64,000 nt of DNA from an uncultured Alphaproteobacteria bacterium. GTDB lineage: Bacteria > Pseudomonadota > Alphaproteobacteria > CAAGCB01 > CAG-977. Shown here in pieces: positions 39,650 to 49,823 of this stretch. The first letter of the stretch is position 1; every line of letters begins with the position of its first letter. The notes beneath the pieces were generated by a model that saw nothing but the letters and a program-made list of their open reading frames with translations, did not search any database and was not told where the DNA came from. The DNA is taken from NCBI GenBank assembly GCA_944391535.1, contig CALXTY010000001.1, positions 20-64,019 on the forward strand, given 5' to 3'. The translations under genes were made by a program, and so were the position numbers.

Positions 39650-40651
39650 TTGATCGTTCCGGATAAAAAAACAGCAACATACCTCAACGAACCGGTTACT
39701 CCGAAAGGGGTTTTGCGTTTATGTCGGGCGGGTGTGGTGTCTGCATTTGACTTTTTAAAAGCGGCGGCATTGTGCCGGTCAGATAAAAAATGGAGCAAAT
39801 TTATTGTTTTGATACTGCGTTTTTTATCAGGACTGAGCTTTTTGTCGGCAATCTTTTTTTTCACCATATCTCAATGGGACTTTTTTTATCGGACAAGCGG
39901 TTTCACTCTTTTGTGCGTTTTGTTTGTTTTGTGCGCATGGTTTCGCGACCGTTTCGGAGCTGCCGATTATGTCGGTGCCGGTTTGATCGGATTTATGATT
40001 TTTTTGCCGGATGTTGTTTTTAGAACCAACGTGTTTTTGTATGAACAGTTTTTTTTATGGTTTGTTTTGTTGGTTGTCTGGTCTTGTTTTGCAAGACAAT
40101 GCGGTCTTTGGCTGTTGAGCTTTTTTGTTCTCAACGTTGCAATTCTTTTATACGGCGTCCAATTTGTCGTGCCTTCTTTTATTTTCAGTTTGTCTGAATT
40201 TTGTCTTTGGTCGGCGCTTTTTAATTTGAGCTGTTTGATCGTACTGGAAAAAGTCTCGGAAAAAAGACCGGATCTCATTTTGAAAGGATTTCGTTTTTTT
40301 CCTCTGTTATGGGCTTTTTCGCTTTTGCTTTTGGGGTGCGTTTCTCAATGTGTCGCGTCGGGAAAAATCAGTTTTTCAGATAGTTGTTTTTTGTTGTGTT
40401 TGTTGTCCTCAGTATTTTGCGGATATGTTTATCGCGTGCGCATACCGGACAGGCGGGTTCAACGATTGGTCTTATTGTTCGGAGCCATATGTCTTGTTTG
40501 TTTGTGCTATCGTTTCATTTATTTTTTTATTTTTGCACCTCGTTTGCAAAACACCTTGTTTTCCTTTGTTTTTTCGGGGATTGTGGGCGGCGCTTTGATC
40601 TGGGAGCGTTTGTCTGCTCTTCAAGTGAAAGGATATGAAAATGTCGACTGA
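39650..40651 (+). CDS. Polytopic membrane protein, DUF2157-like
   Basis: Soluble N-terminal ~55 aa followed by ~8 Phe/Leu-rich TM helices. First gene of a 3-gene operon ending in a GDYXXLXY protein. Confidence 0.4.
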   Translation: MIVPDKKTATYLNEPVTPKGVLRLCRAGVVSAFDFLKAAALCRSDKKWSKFIVLILRFLSGLSFLSAIFFFTISQWDFFYRTSGFTLLCVLFVLCAWFRDRFGAADYVGAGLIGFMIFLPDVVFRTNVFLYEQFFLWFVLLVVWSCFARQCGLWLLSFFVLNVAILLYGVQFVVPSFIFSLSEFCLWSALFNLSCLIVLEKVSEKRPDLILKGFRFFPLLWAFSLLLLGCVSQCVASGKISFSDSCFLLCLLSSVFCGYVYRVRIPDRRVQRLVLLFGAICLVCLCYRFIYFFIFAPRLQNTLFSFVFSGIVGGALIWERLSALQVKGYENVD

Positions 40652-41663
40652 TTTTTCTTTGCGACAATTGTTGGCGTGCCTCAACATTTCTGTTTTTGAT
40701 CCGTTGGTCGAACCTTCCTTAAAAAAAGCGTGTCAAATTGACGCCGAACAAAAAGCGGAAAAGAAAAATCCGTTTCACAGCGTTTTTTCATTAATTGTTT
40801 TGCAAATCGCCGCGTTGTTATGTTTTTACGGTTTTCGTTCGCATTCTTTTTCTGCCGGATTGTTTTTTGTTTTGTTTGGCGGAATGTTTTTATACAAGAC
40901 GACTTCTCAGGGATATCATTATTTTTTTAAAATTTATTTTTTAGCCGGTTTGCTGTTGTGGGGAGAAAAACTTTTTTTGTTTTCCCCTTTTTTGGTTGCG
41001 GTTTTGCTTTTGTTTTTTTTGTTGCGCAATCTGACCAATCCCAAAGCCAGAGATAACAGGGTTTTGTCTGCATTGTGGTTTTTTGGCGTTGTCGTTTGGA
41101 CAGTTTTTTTATTTTATCCGGAATTTTTTTCTTGGACGCTTTGTTTTTTTTCTTTATTGGGTGTTTTAGGACTGTTGTTTCCGTTGAAAAACATTTATTT
41201 TCGAGAAGCGTCCGTCATTTTTTCAGTTATGCCCCTTTTTTTATTATTGGTCAGCGAGTTATTTTGTTTAGAGCAAAAAACGTTTTTTTGTTCAAGGAAC
41301 GAATTTCTGATCGCATTTACGTTTTTCGCCGAGTTTTTTTTGCTGTTCTTTTGTCTTCGAACAGACCTTGAAACGAATGAGACGTTTTCATTTCTGTTTG
41401 CTGATTTTTTGTTGTTTTTGACAGGATTGTTTTTGTCGAACGGGTTGAGTGGAACAATTACTTTGTTTACGATCGCCTTTTTTACCGATGCTCGTGATTT
41501 GGGACGTTCGGCGATAATTTTATTTTCGTGTTTTTTGCTGACTTTCTTTTTATCTTTGCCTCTGTCTTTTCTGACGGCGGGGTGGGTTTGTTCTTTTTCG
41601 GGGCTTGTTTTTGCTTTGTTTTATATTCGCTTAAAACGTTTTTGTCTGCAGGAGAATAAGTGA
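40635..41663 (+). CDS. Polytopic membrane protein, DUF4401-like
   Basis: ~10 TM helices. Overlaps its neighbours by 17 nt and 4 nt (translational coupling). Confidence 0.4.
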   Translation: MKMSTDFSLRQLLACLNISVFDPLVEPSLKKACQIDAEQKAEKKNPFHSVFSLIVLQIAALLCFYGFRSHSFSAGLFFVLFGGMFLYKTTSQGYHYFFKIYFLAGLLLWGEKLFLFSPFLVAVLLLFFLLRNLTNPKARDNRVLSALWFFGVVVWTVFLFYPEFFSWTLCFFSLLGVLGLLFPLKNIYFREASVIFSVMPLFLLLVSELFCLEQKTFFCSRNEFLIAFTFFAEFFLLFFCLRTDLETNETFSFLFADFLLFLTGLFLSNGLSGTITLFTIAFFTDARDLGRSAIILFSCFLLTFFLSLPLSFLTAGWVCSFSGLVFALFYIRLKRFCLQENK

Positions 41664-42214
41664 TGCGTCGTTTTGTCGTCTTGTTTTGTCCTGTGCTTGT
41701 TTTGGTCGTTTTGATCGGTCGATATGTTTCTGATTCTCGATTGTATCATTCGCAAACGATTCTTTTATTGCCGGTATCCGTCTTGCAAATGGGGCAAGAT
41801 ACTTTTTCTTCATATGTTCGATTGCGATATGACAATTTTATTCCGGTTCGCGATTTGTCCGATAAAAAAGGCGTCATTGTCGTGGACAGATTAAACGACG
41901 GTCGCGTTGTTTTTGTCAGCGTTGCATCGGATCGTCCGTTGCGCCCTAGAGAAGTGTTATTAAAATATGAGATTGTTCCCTCTTTATCTTTTGACGATCA
42001 AAAGAAAGAAGCGAACATTCGTTTTGCTTCGGATTTTTTTCGTTTTATCAAAAAGAAAAAACGACACCTTTCAGCCGTTCGATATGCTGTTGTACACGTA
42101 GACGATGCGGGCAATACCGTTTTGACCGGATTGGCGGACGGTAACGGAATTTTATTGGTTAAGGGGTTGAGGGGGGCTTTTTTTGACAGTCATCGAAATT
42201 CACCCAGAAAATAA
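41660..42214 (+). CDS. GDYXXLXY-domain protein (184 aa, N-terminal TM)
   Basis: Size and topology match the family. The motif SYVRLRYDNF corresponds to GDYxxLxYDi. Confidence 0.5.
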   Translation: MMRRFVVLFCPVLVLVVLIGRYVSDSRLYHSQTILLLPVSVLQMGQDTFSSYVRLRYDNFIPVRDLSDKKGVIVVDRLNDGRVVFVSVASDRPLRPREVLLKYEIVPSLSFDDQKKEANIRFASDFFRFIKKKKRHLSAVRYAVVHVDDAGNTVLTGLADGNGILLVKGLRGAFFDSHRNSPRK

Positions 42215-44021
42215 AGTATTTTTCTTTAATTTTATCTGGAACGTTCGGGGCGGGTTTGACGAAACAAAAGCGATCTTTTTGCAACAACAGTTTTCCCAGA
42301 AAAGTTTGAGAGTTAAAAACGACAATCTCTTTTTTGAATTGTTTGGGCAAATAGTAATAAGGATTGTCCAAAATAATCGTTTTGACACGCCTTTCTTGGA
42401 GTAAATTTTTCGCTTCGATCAAATTTTTTCCATGCAGGATCTTGTAAGCGGTGATAATTCCTTGGGCATTGGAATGATAAGGCGATCCGATCACGCCCCG
42501 TCCCGATCCCCAAGCTGTTTCCGGTCCTCTGGAAGAAGATGTTAAAATACTGCCGTTTTCTTTTGAGATATAAGGCAGATATTCATCTGGATATGTCAAC
42601 ATATTTTGAGATTGCAGTTGAGTATCGTAAGACAGGCAGAGCAAAAAGAAGAAAGCGCATAGCAAATAGATGCCACATGGGATGATCAAGACGCTTTTAA
42701 AGCAATTTTTGTGCAGGAAAGTCAATTTTTGATACCAGATATGCAGACAAAGAGACATCAACAATGCGGCAAAGACGGCTCCTGTTCGCCCGAATCTTCT
42801 GCTGAGCAGCGTCATGACGGTAAAGAACAAGACGGGCACAAGAATGATGATTAACAATTTTTTAGATTGTTTTGGGGCGAAGATCAGCGTTGGAACAGAC
42901 AGACAGGTTGCTAGCATCAGCAGACCGTTGAATTTGATCAACGCACTTGTTTTGCCGAAAGTTGGCAATAATTCAGAGATATATTTTGCCCAAATGTCAA
43001 ACAGCTCTGGAGAAATCGGAGACGTAAAAACATTTTTGGCTCCGAACAGGAACAGCAGGAAGCCGAGACACAAAAAGGAAGCAAAAGAAATAAAGAACAA
43101 ACGGGACATAAAAGAGGAAAGGAGACTTTCTTTTTCAAAAAACTCTTCCATATAGAAGGAAACGAAAGCAAGTCCGATAACGGTGACCAACAAGACGGAC
43201 AATCTTCCGTTATCAGGGAAAAGCAATCCCTGCATAGGCGGGTTTATAATCAGACAAAAAGCGGCGGTTAAAAAGAAATATTGAGTAAAGAATCTGATTT
43301 GTGTCATGTTTTGCTTTTTAATCAGCCAGACAAAGATCATTCCGGCGATAATCAGCATATTGTTCAAGAAACCTTCGGGTGTTGTCCAAACAGACAATCC
43401 GGCGATCAAACCGGCGGTTTGAAAGAAAGCGATATTTTGGGTTTTAAAGCCGCGCATCAAACAGCCCAGGATAATGATTTGCAAAAGATTTAACAAGATA
43501 TGGTGATCAGCCCTGCCGGCGGTAAACAGGACAAGAACGGCAAATTGACAGAAATAAAAAGTCAGGAACAGCAGTCTCAGGATAGGGCCGAAGTATGCTT
43601 TTCCCGTCCAGATCAACGCGATCGAAGATAAAAGGGCTATCACGATTTGATACAGGAAACACCCGTACAGGACGGCTTGTTTTACGTCCGTGAACGGCAG
43701 GAAAGGAAGGCTTGTCGCAAACAAGACCATATCCATGGCTCTGGTAAAATGCAGAATTTGTCCGAAAGGATAATTATCATGCATATATCTGATTTCCGCC
43801 CATGAACCGGACTGAATAAAGTCGATTAAGCGCAAGGCGTGAGTATAATTATCGGTTTCCTGTAAACTTAAATTAGAAAAGTGCAACAGAAACAGTTGCC
43901 AGATTAAGATAAAGAAAGAAACAATCACATATTCATATTTAGAATACAGAGAAGGGAAATTTTTTAAAGAAGATAAAGGATTAAAAATCAAAGAGATCTC
44001 CTTGTCTGGTATCAACATCAT
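42159..44021 (-). CDS. Polytopic membrane protein, GT-C-fold glycosyltransferase-like (paralog of 27592..29301)
   Basis: ETDNYTHALRLIDF...HDNYPFGQILHFTRAMDM motif shared with the paralog. The ORF-track start at 44153 would overlap tdk by 173 nt, so the start is set at the internal Met pair (44021). Confidence 0.4.
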   Translation of the reverse strand: MMLIPDKEISLIFNPLSSLKNFPSLYSKYEYVIVSFFILIWQLFLLHFSNLSLQETDNYTHALRLIDFIQSGSWAEIRYMHDNYPFGQILHFTRAMDMVLFATSLPFLPFTDVKQAVLYGCFLYQIVIALLSSIALIWTGKAYFGPILRLLFLTFYFCQFAVLVLFTAGRADHHILLNLLQIIILGCLMRGFKTQNIAFFQTAGLIAGLSVWTTPEGFLNNMLIIAGMIFVWLIKKQNMTQIRFFTQYFFLTAAFCLIINPPMQGLLFPDNGRLSVLLVTVIGLAFVSFYMEEFFEKESLLSSFMSRLFFISFASFLCLGFLLFLFGAKNVFTSPISPELFDIWAKYISELLPTFGKTSALIKFNGLLMLATCLSVPTLIFAPKQSKKLLIIILVPVLFFTVMTLLSRRFGRTGAVFAALLMSLCLHIWYQKLTFLHKNCFKSVLIIPCGIYLLCAFFFLLCLSYDTQLQSQNMLTYPDEYLPYISKENGSILTSSSRGPETAWGSGRGVIGSPYHSNAQGIITAYKILHGKNLIEAKNLLQERRVKTIILDNPYYYLPKQFKKEIVVFNSQTFLGKLLLQKDRFCFVKPAPNVPDKIKEKYFIFWVNFDDCQKKPPSTP

Positions 44022-44622
44022 TCGTTTCAGAGGGTTCATAGACGGAACTGAAAGGATAATGTTTCGCGCATCTGGGCTCATAGATGTCGGCGGCGCCCAG
44101 TTCAATATCGGATTTTGATCCGCTGCATTTATAAGTGAAGATGGCATCTTCATTGCAAATGGCGCATCGTGCGTGCAAGGGGATGCATCTGTCGGCGATT
44201 TTTTTCAGTTTTGCGATAATTTCGAAAGGCTCTCCTTTCCAGTTCATATCAAGTCCGCAACAAACGACATTCAGTCCCCGATCAATCAACGTTTGGATGC
44301 AGGCGATGATGTCTCCGCCGAAGTAAGGTTCCGTAAAGAACTGGATTTCATCAAAAAAGACAGCCTGAGCTTTTTCAATGGCGTCCGATGAAAGAATCTC
44401 GTCCGTGTTTGTCAAATTGAACGCTTCTGCGGCGACGCCGTCATGTGTTTTGATTTCACAGATACCGTATCTGGTATCGAAAGACGGCTTGATCAGCATC
44501 ATTTCTCCGTCAAACGATCGGGCTTTTTTTAACAATGCGGATGTTTTTCCTGCGAACATAGGGCCGGTGATGACTTCGAGCGAACCTTTCGGCATATTTT
44601 TGTTTCCAATTATTGACGACAC
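43981..44622 (-). CDS. tdk: Thymidine kinase
   Basis: P-loop GPMFAGKTS, FFDEIQFF, and a C-terminal Zn ribbon (CxxC...CxxH). Confidence 0.85.
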   Translation of the reverse strand: MSSIIGNKNMPKGSLEVITGPMFAGKTSALLKKARSFDGEMMLIKPSFDTRYGICEIKTHDGVAAEAFNLTNTDEILSSDAIEKAQAVFFDEIQFFTEPYFGGDIIACIQTLIDRGLNVVCCGLDMNWKGEPFEIIAKLKKIADRCIPLHARCAICNEDAIFTYKCSGSKSDIELGAADIYEPRCAKHYPFSSVYEPSETNDVDTRQGDLFDF

Positions 44623-44734
44623 GTTTTACGTAGCATTGCCCGTATCTTTTTGTCATGTCCAGAAAAAAAGAAAAAACGTGAGATTTCTCTTGTTTTTGAC
44701 GGGCGATAAAAAGTTAACGAAAGACGGAAATATT

Positions 44735-44763
44735 TTGAAAAAATATTTAATTCATTATATAAC
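44735..44763 (+). promoter_or_regulatory. Candidate sigma70 promoter for oadGAB (TTGAAA-17-TATAAC)
   Basis: -35 TTGAAA at 44735-44740, a 17-bp spacer, and -10 TATAAC at 44758-44763, about 48 bp upstream of the oadG ATG. Confidence 0.35.
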
Positions 44764-44810
44764 GGAAAAAATAAAGGGGTTCGTTACAATATTTAAGACA
44801 GAGGTTTTTC

Positions 44811-45011
44811 ATGTTGGTGGAAGGATTGGAATTAACGCTGATCGGAATGTTGGGCGTTTTTTTGTTTTTGCTGTTACTGATTGCGTCAATGTATGCGCAG
44901 GCGGCGATTTTTAAATATCTGGGTGTGTCGGACGATCGGGAATCGGACATACGGACCGACGATGAATCATTAATCGCTGCGGCGATTGCGGTTAAGCTGA
45001 AAAACGGCTAA
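44811..45011 (+). CDS. oadG: Oxaloacetate decarboxylase gamma subunit
   Basis: 66 aa, single TM. Immediately precedes oadA and oadB. Confidence 0.7.
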   Translation: MLVEGLELTLIGMLGVFLFLLLLIASMYAQAAIFKYLGVSDDRESDIRTDDESLIAAAIAVKLKNG

Positions 45012-45017
45012 GTTAGG

Positions 45018-46799
45018 GTGAAAAAAATGGCAAAAAAAGTTATTAATTTTATGTGTACGGCATTTCGTGACGGTTTTCAGTCCGTTTTCGGAATGCGGGT
45101 TCTTCCCAAGGATTATTTTCCTGCGATTGAAATGGCGAAAGATGCCGGTATCCGCTATTTTGAAGCCGGCGGCGGCGCGGCGTTTCAGTCGGCTTTTTTC
45201 TACTGTAACGAAAACGCCTTTGATGTGATGGATAAGTTCCGCGAAGTCGCGGGGTCAGACGCGAATTTGCAGACGTTGGCTCGCGGTATCAACGTGGTCG
45301 GCTTGGATTCCATGTCGACCGATTTGATCAAATTGCATGCCAAATTGTTCAAAAAGCACGGCATGACGACGATTCGCAATTTTGACGCGCTGAATGATCC
45401 GAACAATCTGATTGTTTCGGGGCAAGCCATTAAGGATGCCGGTTTGCAACATCAGATGACGATCACGATCATGTCTTTGCCGCCCGGTTGCGAAGGGGCG
45501 CACGATCCCGATTTTTATGAGCAGCGTTTGCGCGCGGTTTTGGACGCGGAAGTTCCTTTTGATTCGTTGTGTTTAAAAGACGCGTCGGGGACGTGCACGC
45601 CGGCGATTGTTCATGAAACGATCAAGCGGATGCGCAAATTGACGGACAAGCCGATATCTTTCCATACGCACGAAACGGCGGGAACGTCCGTTCTGTGTTG
45701 TATGTCGGCGATTGAAGCCGGAGCGGATACGGTGGATTTGTCATTGGCGCCTGTTTCGGGCGGGACGTGTTCTCCGGACGTTTTGACGATGTGGCACGCT
45801 TTGCGCGGAACGGATTATGTTTTGGACGTCGATCCGCAGAAGATTTTGGAAACGGAAGAATTTTTAAAGAACGCTTTAAGCGAATACCTGTTACCTCCGG
45901 AAGCCACGAAAGTCGAACCGCGCGTGCCTTGGTCTCCGTTGCCCGGCGGCGCGTTGACGGCGAACACGCAGATGTTGCGTGACAACGGCATTATGGATAA
46001 ATTCCCCGAAATCGTCAAAGCGATGGAAGAAGTGGTTCGCAAAGGCGGTTACGGAACGTCCGTGACACCGGTTTCTCAATTCTATTTCCAACAGGCTTTC
46101 AACAACGTCATGCAAGGGCCGTGGAAAAAAATCGCCGAAGGGTACGGCAAAATGGTGTTGGGCTATTTCGGACGCACGCCGCATGAACCGGATCCCGAAG
46201 TGGTCAAGATCGCTTCGGAACAGTTGGGGTTGGAACCGACGAAGGAATCTCCGTTGGCGATTAACGACCGCAATCCGAAAAAGCAGGTTTCTCATTTTGT
46301 TGAAGTCCTTAAAGAAAACGGTTTGCCGCAAACCGATGAAAACATCTTTATCGCCGCCGCTTGCGGGGATAAAGGGATCGCTTTCTTAAAAGGGGAAGGC
46401 AAGATCGGTGTCAGATATAAAGAAAAACCGCGTGCGACTTCGGGCGATTTCAATGTGACGGTTGACGGCAAAAATTACAAAGCCTCTTTGAACGGCGATA
46501 CGGTTGTCGTGAACGGAAAATCGTTCAATGTGACGGTGGGCGCCGCGGGGCAGACGGTCGCAAAGCCGGTGAATGCTCAAGGAACGGCGACGGATGTCGT
46601 TTCCCCCGTTCCGGGAACGGTGATCAAATTGTTGGTCAAGGAAGGCGATCAAATTACAAAAGCGCAACCGATCGCGATTTTGGAAGTCATGAAAATGGAA
46701 AATCCCATACCTGCTCCCGCAGACGGCATTGTTGAAAAGATTGCCGTTCATCAAGGTGATCAGGTGGTGACCGGTCAATTGTTGATGACGCTGAAATAA
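45018..46799 (+). CDS. oadA: Oxaloacetate decarboxylase alpha subunit (carboxyltransferase + biotin carrier)
   Basis: Pyruvate-carboxyltransferase TIM-barrel N-domain and a C-terminal biotinyl domain with EVMKME. Confidence 0.9.
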   Translation: MKKMAKKVINFMCTAFRDGFQSVFGMRVLPKDYFPAIEMAKDAGIRYFEAGGGAAFQSAFFYCNENAFDVMDKFREVAGSDANLQTLARGINVVGLDSMSTDLIKLHAKLFKKHGMTTIRNFDALNDPNNLIVSGQAIKDAGLQHQMTITIMSLPPGCEGAHDPDFYEQRLRAVLDAEVPFDSLCLKDASGTCTPAIVHETIKRMRKLTDKPISFHTHETAGTSVLCCMSAIEAGADTVDLSLAPVSGGTCSPDVLTMWHALRGTDYVLDVDPQKILETEEFLKNALSEYLLPPEATKVEPRVPWSPLPGGALTANTQMLRDNGIMDKFPEIVKAMEEVVRKGGYGTSVTPVSQFYFQQAFNNVMQGPWKKIAEGYGKMVLGYFGRTPHEPDPEVVKIASEQLGLEPTKESPLAINDRNPKKQVSHFVEVLKENGLPQTDENIFIAAACGDKGIAFLKGEGKIGVRYKEKPRATSGDFNVTVDGKNYKASLNGDTVVVNGKSFNVTVGAAGQTVAKPVNAQGTATDVVSPVPGTVIKLLVKEGDQITKAQPIAILEVMKMENPIPAPADGIVEKIAVHQGDQVVTGQLLMTLK

Positions 46800-46809
46800 G
46801 GGGGGTTCG

Positions 46810-48168
46810 ATGGATTCCGACACACAGATTTTTAAAGCGCAAAGACGCCACAAATTTATCATGTGGACGGTCGTTGCTTTATGCGCGCTGTTTTCATTGT
46901 GTAACATTTTGGCGGCGGCATCCGGCGGACGGATCGGCCAAATGTTTTCAGAATATATGGATAACCATGAATCTTTTGCTCTGTTGGTTAAATCGACAGG
47001 CCTGTACGGCTTTTTTGCCGACACGGGAACGGCGGTGTCTTCGACGGGCAAAGAAATGCTGGTTTCCATGGGGATCGGTCAACTGATTATGATCGGCATC
47101 AGCTTGGTTTTGATTTATTTGGCGATTGCCAAGGGATTTGAACCGTTATTATTGATTCCGATCGGATTCGGCGGTTTGTTGTCAAATGCGCCCGGAGCCG
47201 GCGTGGCCGAAGTTTTAGACGGCGTGACAGGCTTTTTGATGTATATTTATAACATCGGGATCGCGCCTCCGAGCATTTTCCCGTTGATTATTTTTATGGG
47301 CGTGGGAGCCATGACCGATTTCGGTCCGATGATCGCCAACCCCAAAGTCGCCTTGTTGGGCGGCGCCGCGCAGTTCGGTATTTTTGCGACCGTTCTGGGA
47401 GCTTTGGCGTTAACGGATATGGGATTGGTTGATTTTTCATTGAAACAAGCGGCTTCCATCGGGATTATCGGCGGAGCCGACGGCCCGACGGCGATCTTTT
47501 TGACGGGACGCTTGGCACCCGAATTGATGGGGGCTATTGTTGTCGCGGCCTATTCCTATATGGCGTTGGTGCCGATTATTCAGCCGCCGATCATGCGCGC
47601 TTTGACAACGGTTGAAGAACGTAAGATCAAGATGAAACAATTGCGTGAAGTCACACGTAAGGAAAAGATCATTTTCGTGTTCTTGGTTGTTTTGTTGTGC
47701 GTTCTTTTCGTTCCTTCGGCGGCGCCGTTGATGGGAATGTTGATGTTCGGCAATTTGCTCAAAGAAAGTAAAGTTGTTGATCGTTTGGCTAAAACGGCGG
47801 CAAATGATCTGTGCAATATCGTGACGATTTTTATCGGATTGACGGTCGGATCGAAATTGTCGGCGGACAAGTTTTTGGCAAAAGAAACGCTGGGTGTTTT
47901 GATTTTGGGGCTTGTCGCTTTTTCAATAGCCACTGCGGCCGGTGTTTTAATGGCGAAGCTGATGAATTGTTTCAGTAAGGAAAAGCTCAATCCGTTAATC
48001 GGAGCGGCCGGAGTCTCTGCAGTGCCGATGGCGGCTCGCGTTGCCGATCGTGTGGCGAAAGAAGCTGACCCGACGAACTTTATATTGATGCATGCCATGG
48101 GACCGAACGTTTCGGGCGTGATCGGATCGGCTGTTGCCGCCGGTATATTGCTGGTGATGTGCAGTTGA
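46810..48168 (+). CDS. oadB: Oxaloacetate decarboxylase beta subunit (Na+ pump)
   Basis: Polytopic membrane protein of the Na+-transporting decarboxylase beta family, following oadA. Confidence 0.85.
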   Translation: MDSDTQIFKAQRRHKFIMWTVVALCALFSLCNILAAASGGRIGQMFSEYMDNHESFALLVKSTGLYGFFADTGTAVSSTGKEMLVSMGIGQLIMIGISLVLIYLAIAKGFEPLLLIPIGFGGLLSNAPGAGVAEVLDGVTGFLMYIYNIGIAPPSIFPLIIFMGVGAMTDFGPMIANPKVALLGGAAQFGIFATVLGALALTDMGLVDFSLKQAASIGIIGGADGPTAIFLTGRLAPELMGAIVVAAYSYMALVPIIQPPIMRALTTVEERKIKMKQLREVTRKEKIIFVFLVVLLCVLFVPSAAPLMGMLMFGNLLKESKVVDRLAKTAANDLCNIVTIFIGLTVGSKLSADKFLAKETLGVLILGLVAFSIATAAGVLMAKLMNCFSKEKLNPLIGAAGVSAVPMAARVADRVAKEADPTNFILMHAMGPNVSGVIGSAVAAGILLVMCS

Positions 48169-49823
48169 TGACGGAAAACAAAGACTTAACGCAAAAGACG
48201 ACAACCGGCGGGTCGGGGCAATCCCGAGCCGTCGGCTTGTTTTTATTGGGACGCTATAAGGAAGCGGCGGCGGCTTATGATGAGCTGTTGCGCCAAGATC
48301 CTGATAATATTGTTTTTTGGACGAATAAAGTCGTATGTTTTTTACAGATGTACAAGCCTGATTCTGTTTTTTTTGATCAGATGCTCGGTCATGTCAATCA
48401 ATTACCGGCACAGGGTTTTTTATGTTTGGCCGACGTTTTAAACGGTTTGGAACGGCGCGAAGAAGCTTTGATTTTTGTGAATAAAGCATTGGAAATTGAG
48501 CCGGATAATATAGAGGCGTGTTTGTTAAAAGCGTCTTTGCTGGAAAATTTGGATCGTTCGGAAGAGTTATATCTTTTTGTAGAGGCTGTATATTCCCGTT
48601 TAAAGTCTGACGAACGTATTCTTTGTTTGGCGGCATTTTATTCGGCGTTATTTTGGAATATGCGACAATCGGAGTATTTTCTAAAGAAGGCATTGAAAGT
48701 AAATAAGTATGCGGTTTTACAAAGCAATCTTTTTTATGCCAGTCTTTCGGCGGCGGGCAACGATAAAAAAGTTGCCGCTTTCGGGGCTCAAGCTTTAGAC
48801 GAGCGGGAAGATAATCCGGTTGTTTGGTTGGCGTTGGGCGATGCTTATGTTAATTTGGGACATTATGCTGTTGCTGTTGATTCTTATGAAAAACTGTCAG
48901 AATTGACGACCGTGACCGATGAGATCAAGCTGAATTGGGGAAGAGCGCTTCTGAAAGAGAAGCGATACGAACAGGCGTTTGATTTGTTAAATCAGATTAA
49001 TGACGTCAGCGATGATTTATTTATATTGATGTCCGAGATTTTATTTAAGATGCGACAGGTCGGTTTGCGTAAGGAAGCTTGTGAAAAAGCATCGTTTTGG
49101 CGTTTGTCACGTCCTCTGAATGTCGATATCGAGTATCTGTGTTCTGCTTTTTTAAACGATCAAGAAACAGGATCCGCTCCGTTGACATATGTTCGTTTGA
49201 TAAATGACGCGTATGCGCTGGAACAGGCATATCAAACTGCGAATGACAAGAATTATTTCGGGGCGGCTATATTGGATCAGATATTGGATAAAATAAAGTG
49301 TCCGATCGGTCAATCCATGAATGTGTTGGACGCCGGATGCGGGACGGGAGCGGCCGCGGATATTTTAAAAGACGTCAGTCGTCCGAAAGGGTGTTTGACG
49401 GGCGTTGACATTTCGGAGATTGCGTTGGATCTTGCTTCGGATCGCGGGGTTTATGATGATTTAAAGGAAGACGATATGCTGTCGTATTTCAATGCTTGTG
49501 ACGAAGAATACGATTTGATCGTTTGTTTGAATTCATTATGTTATTTTTCGGATTTGGCGGTTGTATTCAAAGCGGCACGGAAAGCATTAAAGCCGAATGG
49601 AATTTTTATTTTTACTGTTTTAAACAGTTCGTCGGAACAAGCTTATTCTGTGGATATTTACGGTTGTTATTCTCATAACGCAGAGTATGTTGACAGGTGT
49701 TTAATGGCAGAGAATTTTCAAAAGCAACATCATTTGAATGATATGCTATGGAAAGAAAAGCAAGGGGAAAAGGTTTATTGCGATGCCTTCGCCGTACAGA
49801 AAAGAAATGATACGGATCAGTGA
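48159..49823 (+). CDS. TPR-repeat protein fused to class I SAM-dependent methyltransferase
   Basis: N-terminal TPRs and C-terminal motif [16 protein letters not shown] with post-I acidic residue. Confidence 0.65.
   Translation: MQLMTENKDLTQKTTTGGSGQSRAVGLFLLGRYKEAAAAYDELLRQDPDNIVFWTNKVVCFLQMYKPDSVFFDQMLGHVNQLPAQGFLCLADVLNGLERREEALIFVNKALEIEPDNIEACLLKASLLENLDRSEELYLFVEAVYSRLKSDERILCLAAFYSALFWNMRQSEYFLKKALKVNKYAVLQSNLFYASLSAAGNDKKVAAFGAQALDEREDNPVVWLALGDAYVNLGHYAVAVDSYEKLSELTTVTDEIKLNWGRALLKEKRYEQAFDLLNQINDVSDDLFILMSEILFKMRQVGLRKEACEKASFWRLSRPLNVDIEYLCSAFLNDQETGSAPLTYVRLINDAYALEQAYQTANDKNYFGAAILDQILDKIKCPIGQSMNVLDAGCGTGAAADILKDVSRPKGCLTGVDISEIALDLASDRGVYDDLKEDDMLSYFNACDEEYDLIVCLNSLCYFSDLAVVFKAARKALKPNGIFIFTVLNSSSEQAYSVDIYGCYSHNAEYVDRCLMAENFQKQHHLNDMLWKEKQGEKVYCDAFAVQKRNDTDQ

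Noticed and set aside
39650-41663. Long T-rich, low-complexity stretches that could be mistaken for simple repeats or CRISPR-like arrays
   Set aside because: They are the coding sequence of Phe/Leu-rich transmembrane helices (TTT/TTG codons). No regular repeat-spacer periodicity is present.
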